DNA of 64,000 nucleotides. It comes from Neoechinorhynchus agilis. Lineage: Eukaryota > Animalia > Acanthocephala. The notes beneath the pieces are model-generated. The model ran no database searches, was not told the origin of the DNA, and saw only the letters and a program-made list of their open reading frames with translations. Shown one piece after another: positions 48,130 through 60,429 of the stretch. A program made the position numbers and the translations under genes. The stretch lies in NCBI GenBank assembly GCA_051530055.1, contig CM121343.1:2140389-2204388 (forward strand). The letters run 5' to 3'. Positions within the stretch are counted from its first letter, which is position 1, and every line of letters begins with the position of its first letter.

Positions 48130-50880
48130 ATGTCCGTTCGGGCGGTAATATCTGGTCGGAGGGATGTCTATTCGGGTAGGAACTATCCAGTCGGGGACGG
48201 TTCGTTCGGGTGAGGATGTGTCCGTTTGTTTGAGAATATCCGGTAGGAAGCTCTGTTCTGATGGAATTGATGTTTATTGCTTGCAGGAGCGCTTGTAAGG
48301 TTGGTCTTTCCTCAGAATCATTTCGGGTTATGATATCCGAGAAGATTGGGAAGCATGGAAAAAGGAGCGTAGATACAGGGAGGTGCGCGGTATAGGAGGG
48401 TGAAACGAATTAGCATTACGAGTGTTGTGCTCGTGTGAAAAGGGAGCGATATGTGGAAGTAATTGTGGTTGTAGGGTTGAGAGGCGTTTTGATTGTTTTA
48501 TGGAAATAGCATCAAGGCATTTGGTGAGAGGGGGAAAGTCAGATGTGCAAATTTTAGATGCTGTTTTATGAAGAATTTCAAGACGGCGGATTTGAGATTT
48601 GGAACGGTTGCAGAAGACGCGATAACCGTGGGTGAGGATGGTAAGATAATACAGATGCAAAATTTGTAGATTTCGGGTGAAGGGATTCCTAAATGTCAGA
48701 GGCGTTTGAGTAGATAAATTTTAAACGTGTTGTGCTTGAGGGACAGAGTGATGTGCTAGTCCCATTTCAAATTTGATTGAAATTGGATACGCAGAGTTCT
48801 TAGGGAGGTTACTCGTAGGATGTCATTTAGAAGCTCAGAGCAAGCTGTGGGGTTGGGTGAGAGAGGGGATCATTTCGAAGAATTTAGAGAAATTGAGCTG
48901 GAGTTTGTGATTTTTGCAGACATTTTTATGTGTGTGATTTCTTTAGAGGTTAAGGAAAGGGAGAGGTGGGGTGGTGGATGGGTGATGCGGGTGAGATCGT
49001 CGGTGTGTAAGAAAAGTTGAACATATATTTGCCATTGTTAAATCTATATTTGGCGCAACTAAAGAATTATATAATTTAATTAATTTTCGGCTTGAGCGTG
49101 GGCCTTCTTCAGATATTGTTTGCAAGGTTTTTCAACTGTGAATGCTTGAAAAAACTTGCAAACAATATCTGAAGGCCCACGCTCAGGCCGAAAATTAATT
49201 AAATTAATCTATAATTCTTTAGTTGCGCCAAATATCAATATAATAAAAGTTTAGAGTGAGAGGAGAGAGGTTTGAGGTCGCCTAGGAAAATATTAAAGAG
49301 AAGTGGTGACAGCACAGCACCTTGAGGCACGCCTTTGGTGATGGATAGGCTGATTGAAGAGGTAGAACGGCAGTGAATGTATTGTTTGCGATTGAGAAGA
49401 TAAGATTCGAGCCAGCGGATCTGCCACAAGTTGAGACCAAAATCGGAGCAGGCCCGGAGAAGGAGTGGATGGTCCACTGAGTCGAAAGCTTCAGATAAAT
49501 CAAGTTGAACGAGACGGGTGACATGGGAGGGATTATTGTCGAGGTTACGTAGGAGCGTGTCATAAATGCAAAGCAGGGCATCGGTTGCAGAAAATCAGAG
49601 TAGGAAGCCAAATTGTAGGGGCCATAACTTTTCGTGGAGAAGTGAAAGAAGGCGAGATTTAAAACATTTTTCGATGATTTTTGAAAGTGTTAAAAATGAA
49701 AATTGAACGGAATGATTCGACCGAAATAGGATGCCTTTTTTTGGAACGAGTATAACTTTGGCAGTTTTCAGGCAAGAGGGGTAGATGCCATATAAAAAGC
49801 TGAGGTTTATAATGTATCTAAGAGGGTCGAGAAGTTCGGGGATGGTGTAGCGAAGAACGCAGTATGAGATTTCGGATTGAGAGGACCAATTTTTAGGTAA
49901 TTTCACGAGGTACTTTAGTTCTTCATGTGATGAAACTAAAGGGAGTATCGCCAGGTTGATAAAAGTTTCAGGTGTGGGCGTGAAAGATTGTGTGGAGAGT
50001 GATGTTGAGCAGTGATTGTAAATTGAGTCAGGGCAGAGGTTCTGATGAATGGAATCTAGAACCTGTATTAATTCAGTGGAGAACAAATTAGGGAAGGGAT
50101 CCGGGTGGCGTAGACCAAGAGAGTCCTTGACGGCCCGCCACCATGTTGAGTTGCCACTTGATCGAACTTTAGAAGAAAGGAAGTTTTTGCGGGCGATAAG
50201 TATTTTGTTAGTAAGTGCTTTTTGTAAACGATGAGAGTCTGGGTTGTTATTGCGATGGGCCTTTGAAGCTTGCCTTTGTAGAAGTTTCAGAATGGAGGTT
50301 ATCCATGAAGGGTCGCGGTTGGAGATCCTAATGAATTTCTTGGGAATTGCCGAAGCTAGCGAATTTTCTATGATTGAGGTTAGGGAGGACATGGCCAAGG
50401 AAGGGTTATTTGTGTTGTCAGAGTGGGAGAGGAATGGTCACAGGTCGCGTGGGGAGGGAGTTCAGAGCCGGATGAGTAGGCGTCGATATTTGTGAACATT
50501 TTTTTGAGGTGAGCGTCAAGACGAGTTGGGAAGTCAATAAGTTGGCGCAAGTCGGAGAAGGGTAAAAGAGGAAATAGATTATTGAGGTCCCCTGTAATTA
50601 AGAAATGCTGCGAATTTGGGGAGTTTATGAGCTCCATCATAGAGTCAATTTGGAGCAAGGAGGACCCAGATCGAGAGGCCGGAGGACGATAGACGCCAGC
50701 CATGGCGAATTCTCTAAGCCCGTTTCTCAGAGGAGCTATGAAATGAACAGCGATGAATTCTAAATCGGGGTTTTGAAGAGTGCGGTCATCGCGGTATGTA
50801 TGGAAGGAGGAGTACCCGAGAAGGATGGCTGAGTCTCTGTTGAAGGGGGTAAGCCACAATTCTGTTAAGATGACTACGTT
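48130..50880 (-). mobile_element. CR1/L2-like LINE ORF2 (APE + RT), disrupted
   Basis: VVILTELWL...FLITGDLN (APE), CLKTAKVILVPKK, SKIIEK, QFGF, GVPQGAVLSPLLFNIFLGDL and LFLHTDD. Confidence 0.9.
49019..49244. mobile_element. 226-bp palindromic insertion with HHR-like cores and a 7-bp TSD (aaaagtt)
   Basis: Inverted arms span 49046-49235. aaaagtt lies at 49012-49018 and 49245-49251. Removing the insert restores the LINE RT ...SKLFLHTDD motif. Confidence 0.88.
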
Positions 50881-50915
50881 GGCTTTTGAGGTAGATGAAA
50901 TGAGTTAAATTTTAT

Positions 50916-51550
50916 CTAGTTTAGTGAGGAGGCTATGAGCATTGGAGTAGAAAACGGTTGGGAGAGAATTTTGGATTTGGTGCTCTCCAGTACAGTGTTA
51001 TCGACCTGGATGGACTGATTCTTTTCAGACGCCATATATTCAGTTTTGTTTAGGTTTAATCGTAACCCGAAGTTCGCAAGACGGTCACTCGATGCCTGCA
51101 TTAAGACCTGCTGATCCGTCTGGTTATCCGTCGATAGGAGTATATCATCGGCGTAGAGGATCGTATATGGCATCGGTCGCGGAATGTCGCGAGATATTGT
51201 GCCCATTAACAAAATGAATAGCAGCGGTGATAGTGCGCTTCCTTGGTGGACACCTACTGATATATTGAAAGGCGTTGAGATTCCTACTGAACATCCAACA
51301 CAGCTTCTTGACTTATAGTAGAAAACCTTGACCCACTTCACAAGTATTTCAGGTACTCTGTGTTGTCGCAGCGCTCACAATATAAGCTCGTGGTGGATGC
51401 AATCCAATGCCTTCTTTAAGTCAAAGAACGCGATAAATAGGTCTTTCTTTTTCTCGCGATACTTTTGGCGGAGCATCTGAATGTGAACATAACATCGAAG
51501 TGACCAATAGTGACCAAAAAAAGAAATACGAACCTGTGAGATAAGGTTGT
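50916..51550 (-). mobile_element. RTE-clade RT fragment
   Basis: FFDLKKALDC, VGVHQGSALSPLLFILLM, ILYADD and GLRLNLNKTEYM. Confidence 0.88.
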
Positions 51551-51829
51551 CCCGGCTCTTCTGTCCTGCCAACATGTCATTCATCCACATTTACATCTTG
51601 GATCGGAGATTTTCTTTGATAACTTCCTCGTGTGATACCGAAGAGGATTTCAAAAAGTGCCAGAAAGCAGTGCGCTCAGTCATACTCATTTCTATCATTA
51701 CCATTCACTCATCCCAACTCAAATTTTCGAGTCGCCCCCGGATTTCTCTCTTTGGGATAATAAATCGTTCTTTGTCGGCATCCCGCAACGATTTTCCCTG
51801 AACCCACACCCCGCACCGACAGGTTCAAA

Positions 51830-52400
51830 TACTTCGGATCATTCATCAAAGTTGAAAGCGATTTACAATATGAGAAGTGTCATCAAGAATAAGCGCTGCA
51901 TGGACTAAACGGCGATCGATAACCTGTGTACTTTGCGATCGCAGAATAAATAGTAGCCTAAAGTCGAAGATCTACAAGACAGTTATCCGACCTGTAGCAA
52001 TGTATGGTGCTGAATGCTGGCCGATGACCAAAGCTACAAATAAGCGCCTATTAGTCATGGAGATGAGGATGTTGAGGTGGATAAGTGTGCTTACTCTGCG
52101 TGAGTATATCCGAAATGAAGACGTAAAGACGAAGCATGGAGTAACGCCGATACAAAACAAGCTGTAGGAAGCGCGTCTGTCCTAAAAGCTAATGACGACC
52201 CAATCATCAAAAGGAGTCTTGGAATCCAAGTCGAAGGAAGACGCCCTAAAGGACGACCGAGGCAAAGATGGCTGGACGCCTTACACCAGGACCTCAAGGC
52301 TGCAAACCGGCACCCGGATATGGCACATGGCAGGGGAAATTGGAGGGCTAGATCGATAAGAGCCGACCCCGCCATTGTGCAGGACAAAGGTTAAATAAGA
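51830..52400 (+). mobile_element. RTE-clade LINE C-terminal/3' fragment
   Basis: KSKIYKTVIRPVAMYGAECW...EMRMLRW...IRNE followed by an RPKGRPRQRWLD-type tail. Confidence 0.88.
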
Positions 52401-52628
52401 AGTTGATTTTGGTTTATTTGATTTTGGTTGGTTAATTGTTAGTTGTTTTCAGCGCAGAGAAAATCGTTAATCTATTAGAACTGCTTTATTCAGTTCGATC
52501 GATTTATTGCGACCTCCAACTCGCTTACGTGTAATGCGAAAGAACTAAACAGTTCCAATAAAAAAATCAATTTATTCGTACACATCGATTAGTGGCAGCT
52601 TAAAAATCGTTGGATTTTGTCTTTGACA

Positions 52629-53294
52629 TCACTTAGTTTGTCCTTTGTCTTCGATTTTTTGAAATGTTGCGAACAATTTATGATAATTGGTGCGATCGGT
52701 GCTTTTCGGACAAATGTCTCTTGTTTTTCCCTGCTTCTTGGTTTTACTTCTTTTAAATAAAGATTGAAATAGAGCTGTTTCCACTTTCACTCGAATGCCG
52801 AAGGCTTTTCGGACTTTCTTGTAAATGCATTCCAAATCCTCGGCACTATGAATTCCAACGAAAACTTTGCTTGAATGCTTCATAAGAAAATCCTTTTCTG
52901 AACGTTGAGCAATCACTTCAATTTGAAGTGGTCCAACAAATTTCCAGTTATATGCCGTGTATTGGTAATAAGCAAAGTATTGGTTCGAGAAATTGTGTTG
53001 AACACATTGAAGAAATTCCTTCTCCGTCGTTGTCGGTGGAATTCCGGTAAAGCGAACTTTTACAGCACTGTAGTCTTTTTCATATCCGCTATCATCAGCA
53101 ATTCGTACCGATTTTTGTTTTCCATTTAATCCGATATCGTAATCATTTCCTATACTCATGATTCTTGTGCTTGGTCTACCATCTGCATCGAATCGATCTT
53201 TTATTGTTTGTAATTTAAATAAAAGGTGTTTTCTTATTGGTTTAAACGGTCCTTCATTTGTCTCTTGTTGCCGATCGATAGATGTTTCGTTCAT
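52629..53294 (-). CDS. UPF3: Divergent UPF3/Smg-4-like RRM protein
   Basis: KVRFTGIPPTTTEKEF...YFAY...KVFVGIHSAEDL...VKVETALFQ...KTKK...NYHKLF parallels UPF3 KVVIRRLPPTLTKEQL...YFEF...RAYINFKNQEDI...IVEFAPFQ...KTKK...EYRKFL (recalled alignment, not computed). Confidence 0.5.
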   Translation of the reverse strand: MNETSIDRQQETNEGPFKPIRKHLLFKLQTIKDRFDADGRPSTRIMSIGNDYDIGLNGKQKSVRIADDSGYEKDYSAVKVRFTGIPPTTTEKEFLQCVQHNFSNQYFAYYQYTAYNWKFVGPLQIEVIAQRSEKDFLMKHSSKVFVGIHSAEDLECIYKKVRKAFGIRVKVETALFQSLFKRSKTKKQGKTRDICPKSTDRTNYHKLFATFQKIEDKGQTK

Positions 53295-54439
53295 TTCAAT
53301 TTTTTTGCTACTCGTCCAGTAAACACTTTGTGATTTTATACTGAACAAACGCACGCGCCACAGTTGTTGTTCGCACACACGGTTTCTATGGCAACGGTAG
53401 CCATTTTTTAGATAGTTATATTTTGAAGAATGACGTTTTGGCGCAATGCAGGATTCACGTGAGTTTTGTAATCTTCGTAAACTGTGATGGGTTCGTTCTT
53501 TTAAGTTATCTCCAGTATTCTCAAATCTGTGGACGAGTTCTGAGGCGCTGTTTGAAGGAAGGTCCTAGAGCAGAGGCTATAAAGCGAGAAGGGGCCATTC
53601 CCAAAATCCGCCTCTGGAAGGAATCGAGTCGCAATGCTACAAGCGATACAATGACCGAAAAAAATCGATGATAGAATAATAGAGGAAGAAAAAATTGAAC
53701 GTTTTAGAAATAGATGGTAACTGCAGTTTTTGGAGCCATCTTAACCTTAGTTATTACAGTCCAATGCGCCGTGCTTTGTTTATATTTAATTTACTTTTCT
53801 GAGAAGGCCAAAGAACTGATGACCTTGGTTTTATTCGTCTTTTTCGAAACGTTTATGCAAACGAAAATGTTTTAAATTTCGGCTAATCGTCTACGTTGGC
53901 TGAGTATCGAAATTGAGGCGAAATAGATCATTGATTACAATTAAGTTCATAGTTTTCAGCGAGTTTCAACGTTGGCTCTTAAAAAGATCCACCGTGTTTA
54001 TAAGACCATTTGGTTAACCGATCTTCTTTCTTTTTAGAATCATTTTTTAATTTTAGGTTCACTAACAGAGCATTTTCTTTAACATCCTTTTTGGTCGACA
54101 ATTCGAGATGCTCAATTGAATCAATGATCCATATTCTCTGCCTTACCTTTTTGTCCCGCCTTCAGATATTCATTTCAGCTAATGTCAAATTTTGACTATA
54201 CTACAAAAAGTGCAACCAAGGAATTTTTATTTTTTTATCCTTAAAGGCAAACTATTCAATTTTGATCACAAGTAAACGATTTTACCATTATGTGTTCATG
54301 AATCGTCAACATAGTAACTCGATCTTCTATTATCATGAAATAAGCGATTATACAAAAAACAAAACGGCTCCTTAGTTATTTTATTTCTACTCCTTTTTGT
54401 ATATATCCACAACTCCTTTTTAATCAAAAAATATTTCGG

Positions 54440-55100
54440 TTACTTTACTTCAATCGCCCTTAAAATCCTCAGTGGATCACGTAGCTCGTAGCATTTTATC
54501 TAAAAACATCAATTTTGTCGTCGCAATCACCATCAACGGATTAAAAAAGACCGATTTTTTTGTTTTCTAATCAGTTCTGATTTTTGCTGCTTTCATCTGA
54601 TAAATAATCCGAAAAGTCCCGCTTGATATCAGTGAAAGGAAGACAACCATTTCCCCTGCTCACTTTGAACATTATCCCTAAGTTCGCCGGTGCAAATTTT
54701 TCCTACGATTTTCTTACACTTCAATTGCGCATATCATTAATTCCTATTATTTATCACAAAAAATGTCGATTACTTCACTTCAATCGCCCTTAAAATCTTA
54801 AATCGGTGATGTCGCTCGTATAATTTTATCCAAAAAATATTTATTTTGTCGCAATCACCATCAACGGGTTCAATCCAAAGACTGATTTTTCGTCTTCGGA
54901 ACCGATCCCTTTTCGCAGCTGCTAGAAATGCAACGTTCATTGCATTCTATCTTTCAACTCTTGTCCACATCTAAATGATCGGATGCATTTTGAATTTTCA
55001 TTCATGGAATAACCTTCCTTCTTGAAAAATCATCCAAAATGTCCGTTAAATATCAACGAAGGGGACAACTATTTCCCCTGCTAACTTTGAATGAAAGGTC
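54440..55100. repeat. Old, diverged tandem duplication (~330-425-bp unit, 2 copies)
   Basis: acttcaatcgcccttaaaatc at ~54446 and ~54777; tcgcaatcaccatcaacgg twice; atttcccctgct twice. Confidence 0.7.
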
Positions 55101-55666
55101 GAAAATCGAAGATGCGAAATTTGCCATCGATTTCCTTACAAATTATAAGTGCATATCAAACAGTTTCTCTTGAAACACGAGCGTGCTTCTCAGCAGGATT
55201 CTGTGAGGTTTGTGATGAGATTTTTTCTCTGATGAAAACAGGAGTTCTAAGGGTTCATGGCCCCGTGATTCACGCTGCGGCGGTTCCGGTTCATCCCCAA
55301 AGTTCATTGATTGTGGGCCTAAAAATCCTATCACCAGTACAAAATTAAATTCCATTTGAAGGGAATATTGTACGAGTTTTGCCTAGTGACGTTCTTAAAA
55401 TAATCCCAAGGGGCACGTGATATCAGGCCGCAAAGAGATTCACCTCTCTATTGACAGACTGCATTGAAACTAACTCAGAGTTTTCGTGGATGCGTCTCTT
55501 TGTGTTCCCCAGATTAGTGTTTTCCGCCATTGATATTACTGGCAGTCTGACCACGAAACTCAATAGTTGGCCGCAAAGCTTGCAATCCATTCCTATTTTT
55601 ATAAAAGCATTGTACTCATTCAAAAAGCTTATTTTTGGTCAGTAAATAATTTTAACTCTGTCGCCC

Positions 55667-56083
55667 TCAGTGATAACAAAAGTTGGCATCCTTACAAACG
55701 AGACACTCAGTGCACTTTGGATCGTGTCTTGTGCAGGTGGTGCCGGCAAGAGTTAAACGAACTCCATTCACGGCGCCAAAGTCCAAGAGCCGTGCGTTAG
55801 GCCATCGATGGAGGTACTGTCCTTCAAAGTAAATTCGCTGCATGCACAGAGGAATGCATGAAACCTTCGCGATTTTCTCTTGGAGATCCGATACTCTGAT
55901 AGGTCTATCTCTTTGCAAGTACAACGGCAACATCGTTGAACCGTGCTGAAGTTCCAAATTGACGACGTACATGCCTTGGAGTGGGTAGTCGTGGCACGGT
56001 GTTTCCATTCTGAAGACGAAGTTGATGAACGTCCCACTACTAAATTTTGAACATATTAGATATTTAGTTGCCATGGTGATCAA
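55667..56083 (-). CDS. Ubiquitin-like domain protein (BAG1-type UBL) with a Cys-rich tail
   Basis: LELQHG...VSDLQEKIAKVSCIPLCMQRIYFEGQYL...LLDFGAVNGVRLTLAG follows the ubiquitin-fold pattern. Confidence 0.6.
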   Translation of the reverse strand: MITMATKYLICSKFSSGTFINFVFRMETPCHDYPLQGMYVVNLELQHGSTMLPLYLQRDRPIRVSDLQEKIAKVSCIPLCMQRIYFEGQYLHRWPNARLLDFGAVNGVRLTLAGTTCTRHDPKCTECLVCKDANFCYH

Positions 56084-56239
56084 TCCGTAGAGCCAACGTA
56101 TTTAAGCTTAATTAGTTCTGTTTTTTGTAATTAAATCCAATTCAAGTTTACTTATAAGCAATTGCTCTCTTTAGTACTGGAAATCTTCAGCGAATTCTAA
56201 AAAGAGAGGTAGGGAATGCCAAAAACTATCACACGTTGA

Positions 56240-56631
56240 TCTTATCGGGTGGAATCCGAAGCTTCGATGTGTAATCTGGCTTGTTTCCATCAAAAATGGA
56301 TTACCACACGACTGAATCGATCGTGACTTCGTAATAACACTTGTATGTTATCAAAATCGATCTGATGTCCAGTATTCACAGCGTGTGAGACCACTGCAGA
56401 ACTCATGTCACTCTTTCTATTTATCGATCGCTTGTGCTCCTGAATTCTCCTGTTTAGATCGTTCGTTTGTCCGATGTAGACCTGATTACATTCACTACAT
56501 GGAATCCTGTATACTGATCCAGATTGAGGCTCGCCTTTTTGTTGGGACAAAGTAGTGTGTAAATTACATCCCTTCCGACAATACACACCTACCAGGGGAC
56601 TGCTAATACCTGTCTGTAGTGTCCTCTGCAT
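56240..56631 (-). mobile_element. Penelope-like element 3' fragment (GIY-YIG endonuclease)
   Basis: GSVYRIPCSECNQVYIGQT..LNRRIQEHKRSI...SAVVSHAVNTGHQIDFDNIQVL. Confidence 0.92.
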
Positions 56632-56649
56632 CCTTCCTCATTTCTCTCC

Positions 56650-56960
56650 ACAAAACGTGGTTGTTGAACAACAAGGAGGTCAGAAATAGAAGTTCAACAA
56701 GGGGATCCTTTGGGCCCAATAGTCTTCTCACTCGCATTCAATCCCGTCGCGCATTCTCTCCAGTCAAACTTTAACGGCTGATACCTTTATGATGCCGGAT
56801 TTGCAGACACTCGTGAAGGAGACGGCGAAAATTGGCATTGAATTGAATGCTGCCAAGTGCGAGATTTTAGTGATGAACGTGGAAGATGAAGCGAACGGGC
56901 AAAATATCGTGAAAGATTTTCCGAACCTGGCCCCCTGGATAGAATTGATGCCTCTAGACC
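56650..56960 (+). mobile_element. CRE-like RT fragment
   Basis: VQQGDPLGPIVFSLAFNP...IGIELNAAKCEI. Confidence 0.85.
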
Positions 56961-57557
56961 GGTTGAGCCTTCTAGGAAGCTGCATTTTTTGTTCTAATGT
57001 AGAGCTGTTCGGCACTTGCCGCTGTTCAGAGTTGATCGTCCAACGAAGGTTGTGCCGGCACGATAAAGTTTCGAAGTGCGAAGCATATCACATACTGCGC
57101 AGCACGGAGAGACTGGAAATCGCTGACGAGGAAGGACGAGGAAACGATGGGTGGATTGCATTAAACAGGATAAATTGCTTGTCGATGGAACCACAACTTC
57201 TCGAGAGAGAGAGAAAAAATGCGTGAGTGAAAAAGATGAGAACGTGATCAATTTTGATAACACGGCGTTAACAGTTCGAATGCACCGATGGGTTTATGTT
57301 TGCCAATAATCAACGTGAAAGTTAATTAGGTGAGGTGTACACAATCGTAGGAACCAGCAGGCTTCATTCTCAATTTATTGCGTACGATTATTTTGATTTC
57401 TGCTTTTAATTATTCCATCCAAGAGTCTCAGGATATCCGTATTCTTTACAAATATACTCGGATTTTCATGCTGCTGGTAAATAAATGAAGAATTTTCGCT
57501 CTGCTGTGTCAACCAGTCGTTATTTAAGGAATCCCGGAATCCATCACGACATCGGCC

Positions 57558-59336
57558 TCAAACGAATTCTTCTTGTGCTTCTGCCGTACCATCGCCCTCT
57601 GAAATCGCATTCAACTGAATTTGTCGGATATACTCGTCATATTCGGTCGGCTCATTCCACCACTCATAAATCTCAGCTTGAGCGTTGACGAACGTAACTC
57701 CACCTTCCATAGCGTTACTTTTTATTGTCCCGGAACTTTGCTTTGCTGGCGGCGGCAACAAATCTTCTTGAATTCCAGCATCTAACGCCCTTTTATGCGA
57801 ATGCGAGACTTCCTCCTTCAAAGGTGGTCCATTCGAATTTCTATTACGCAATTGTGCGCTAGCAGCAGTTTGATCGTAGAAACTAATTGAGCCTTGTTCG
57901 TTAATATTTTCGAGCATTCGCCCAGCATGAACAATTCGCGAGTCGTTTTTTTTGTCACATGATTTTCTCCCGAACTCCTTGGTAGAATACCCCGTCCCTG
58001 GTTCTTTTAGTTCGCTAATGGCACCCTCGGATGGTTCCATTTTCTGTTTCTTCGCATCGGCAATTATTTGATCAATGAAAGCTCCAACTTCATCTGGGTT
58101 AGAACTTGTGTTTGGCGCTGTATTCCTCTTCCGAATAGTGCATTGGTTTCTAGAAATGGATTCGTACGGACGGTCCCAGAAACCTGATGTCCCGTTGGAA
58201 CACTTTCTCGAGTGTCATTTGATTTGAGTTTGTTTGTCCAGTTGTTTCGTTATTAATATTTACAAATCCTTCTTGGTTCGAACCGTTAACATGACCTTGA
58301 AAAGTATTTCCAACTGGATTCATTACCGTAGCCGTGGATTGGTTTGCAGAATTTGGATCCGCCGGCATAGTCATAGGACCTTGCAATCCCATTGGACCAC
58401 TTGCTCCGATACCCATTTGTGGTAGGCCGAAATTTGTAATATAATTTCCATGGTATGTGTGTACCGTTGGAGTATTCAGATTTGCTGGAGGAAGGTAAGT
58501 ATTATTTATTCCAATTCCATTATTCATTTGTTGATTTGTGCCATCATAGCCCCATTGTGTGTTCATGGCATTTTGAGTTATAATATTGTTTTGGTGCTGG
58601 AATTCAAATTGTTGTCCAAGAGCATTTGGTTGAAAATTTCCGTTGTATATTTGTGCTGGCTGATACCACGGATTATTCATGGCAAATGTATTAGGTGGGA
58701 TATTATTATAAGTTTGAGATCCGAATTGTGGCAGCTGATTGTATCCATTGGGTGGATACAAATCTGAGCGCACTGGGGTACTATGGCTTTCGGTCGTAAA
58801 CGGCTAAGTCTCCGGTTCTTGTCCGTGTAGGTCCCCGTCCTCTTCCCGGTCTACGTCCGTCACGCGCTGCATTCATATTTTCCTGTGTAAACCCGAGGTC
58901 GCTTTGCTGGACGTTCCTTTATATTGTTTGGATCGTACGTCCAATGATGCTCTGCAACCCGTGGCGCTAACCACCCTTACAAATTGATCATGGTGTGATA
59001 AATTGTGTCTTATCGAGTTCTAAAATTGAGATATTATTGAAGTTTTAAAAAATGAATCATGGCGATGCTCACCTTCATTTGATCGATATCTCTTTTGACG
59101 GTCATTGATGCGAAATATTCAACATTACTAATCATCCAATTGTAGATTTCTTGTAGTGTTAGTCGCTGCTCTGCTGAGGTTGTAATCGCCAGCTGAATAA
59201 GTTCAGCATAAGTGGCGATTCCCCAAGGATTTTGTCGTCTCCCAGGTATCCTTACAATCTCAGTGGCCGCCTGTTCATGTGGATTTATTGTCGCTGAGGC
59301 ATTCTCGTAATTGTTTAATCGATTTAGATTGTTCAT
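57558..59336 (-). pseudogene. FoxO-like forkhead gene, left copy, with apparent frameshifts
   Basis: RRQNPWGIATYAELIQLAI...RLTLQEIYNWM...K|NSIRHNLS. A 2-nt deletion near 58940 (gcatcattgg vs gcatcctattgg) leads to an early stop, and there are further 1-nt deletions near 58210 and 58155. Confidence 0.7.
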
Positions 59337-60429
59337 TGAAGTTGTTTGATCCTTGAAATTTGACGTTGTTACAAAGTTTAAGAATCAACGTGAATAGACG
59401 ATCTTCAAGTGTTAAGCGCAGCTTATATACTCCTGGATGTTTCTTGAAAACATTTACACCTAATCCAAGTGAAAAATATTGTATTTTTGAGTTCAAGTAC
59501 ACTTATAATTCGTAGTTAGAATTTTGAAATAGTTCGCCTCAGAATATGCAGATACATTTAAAATTACCAGAAATTGATTTCTAATACTCGCCAAAGATCG
59601 ACGTTTTTTTAGCAATTAATAAATACACACGTTGATCCTCATCGGATTTAAACACTCTTACACGTCTGAATGTTCTGAAGGACGGGTTGGTCCTCATCGT
59701 TTGTGAGTTTATTTGGTATAAAATTCAATAAATGAGCTATTTGATAGATAAAAAGCTGTTTACATTAAAAATGTGTCCTTTTTTAATCACAGATAAAAAC
59801 ATTTTTGCCTCTGTTAAATTGATGATCTCGTCAATAAACACTTTGCCTTGAAAGTTGCGACGAAATCAGAAGGAAACTATAATGCTACTTTATATGGGTT
59901 TTGGTTACAATCAGTAGTCTTCAAGAAAACCAAACAATCTGCTAATCATTTTTTTTAAATTTTGTTGGCGACCAGATTAACCGCTTTAAATCAAAAATTA
60001 AGCAATTTGAAAATCACCAACATGGAACACGGTTTGTTGCTGGAATTTCACTTGAATTAACATAATTAAATTGCACTGTCATGAAATACTTAGAAACGCC
60101 TCTGGTTTGAACGAAGCTTTTAAACACCCAGGAATGTATAAAACTATATTTCAATTTCATATATTTCACTTTATTAATTTATAAAGTTTACTTCCAGTTA
60201 GACATTTAAAAAATAAAGTATTATCGCACTATATTTTCCATCCGCATGATCGATCAGGTTTTTTATTGGCACTTGGACGGGCAGTTGTAGATATGAAGAA
60301 AAATCAATATTTTTGAGCAGTCGACGTCTTACGGCTTCTTCAGAAATCTACAAAGGCAAGTGGAGTTGTGAAGTGTGTTGAAGTAGCGACATCGAAACGG
60401 AAAGTTCGTCCCGCTTGTTGAGCAGTCCG

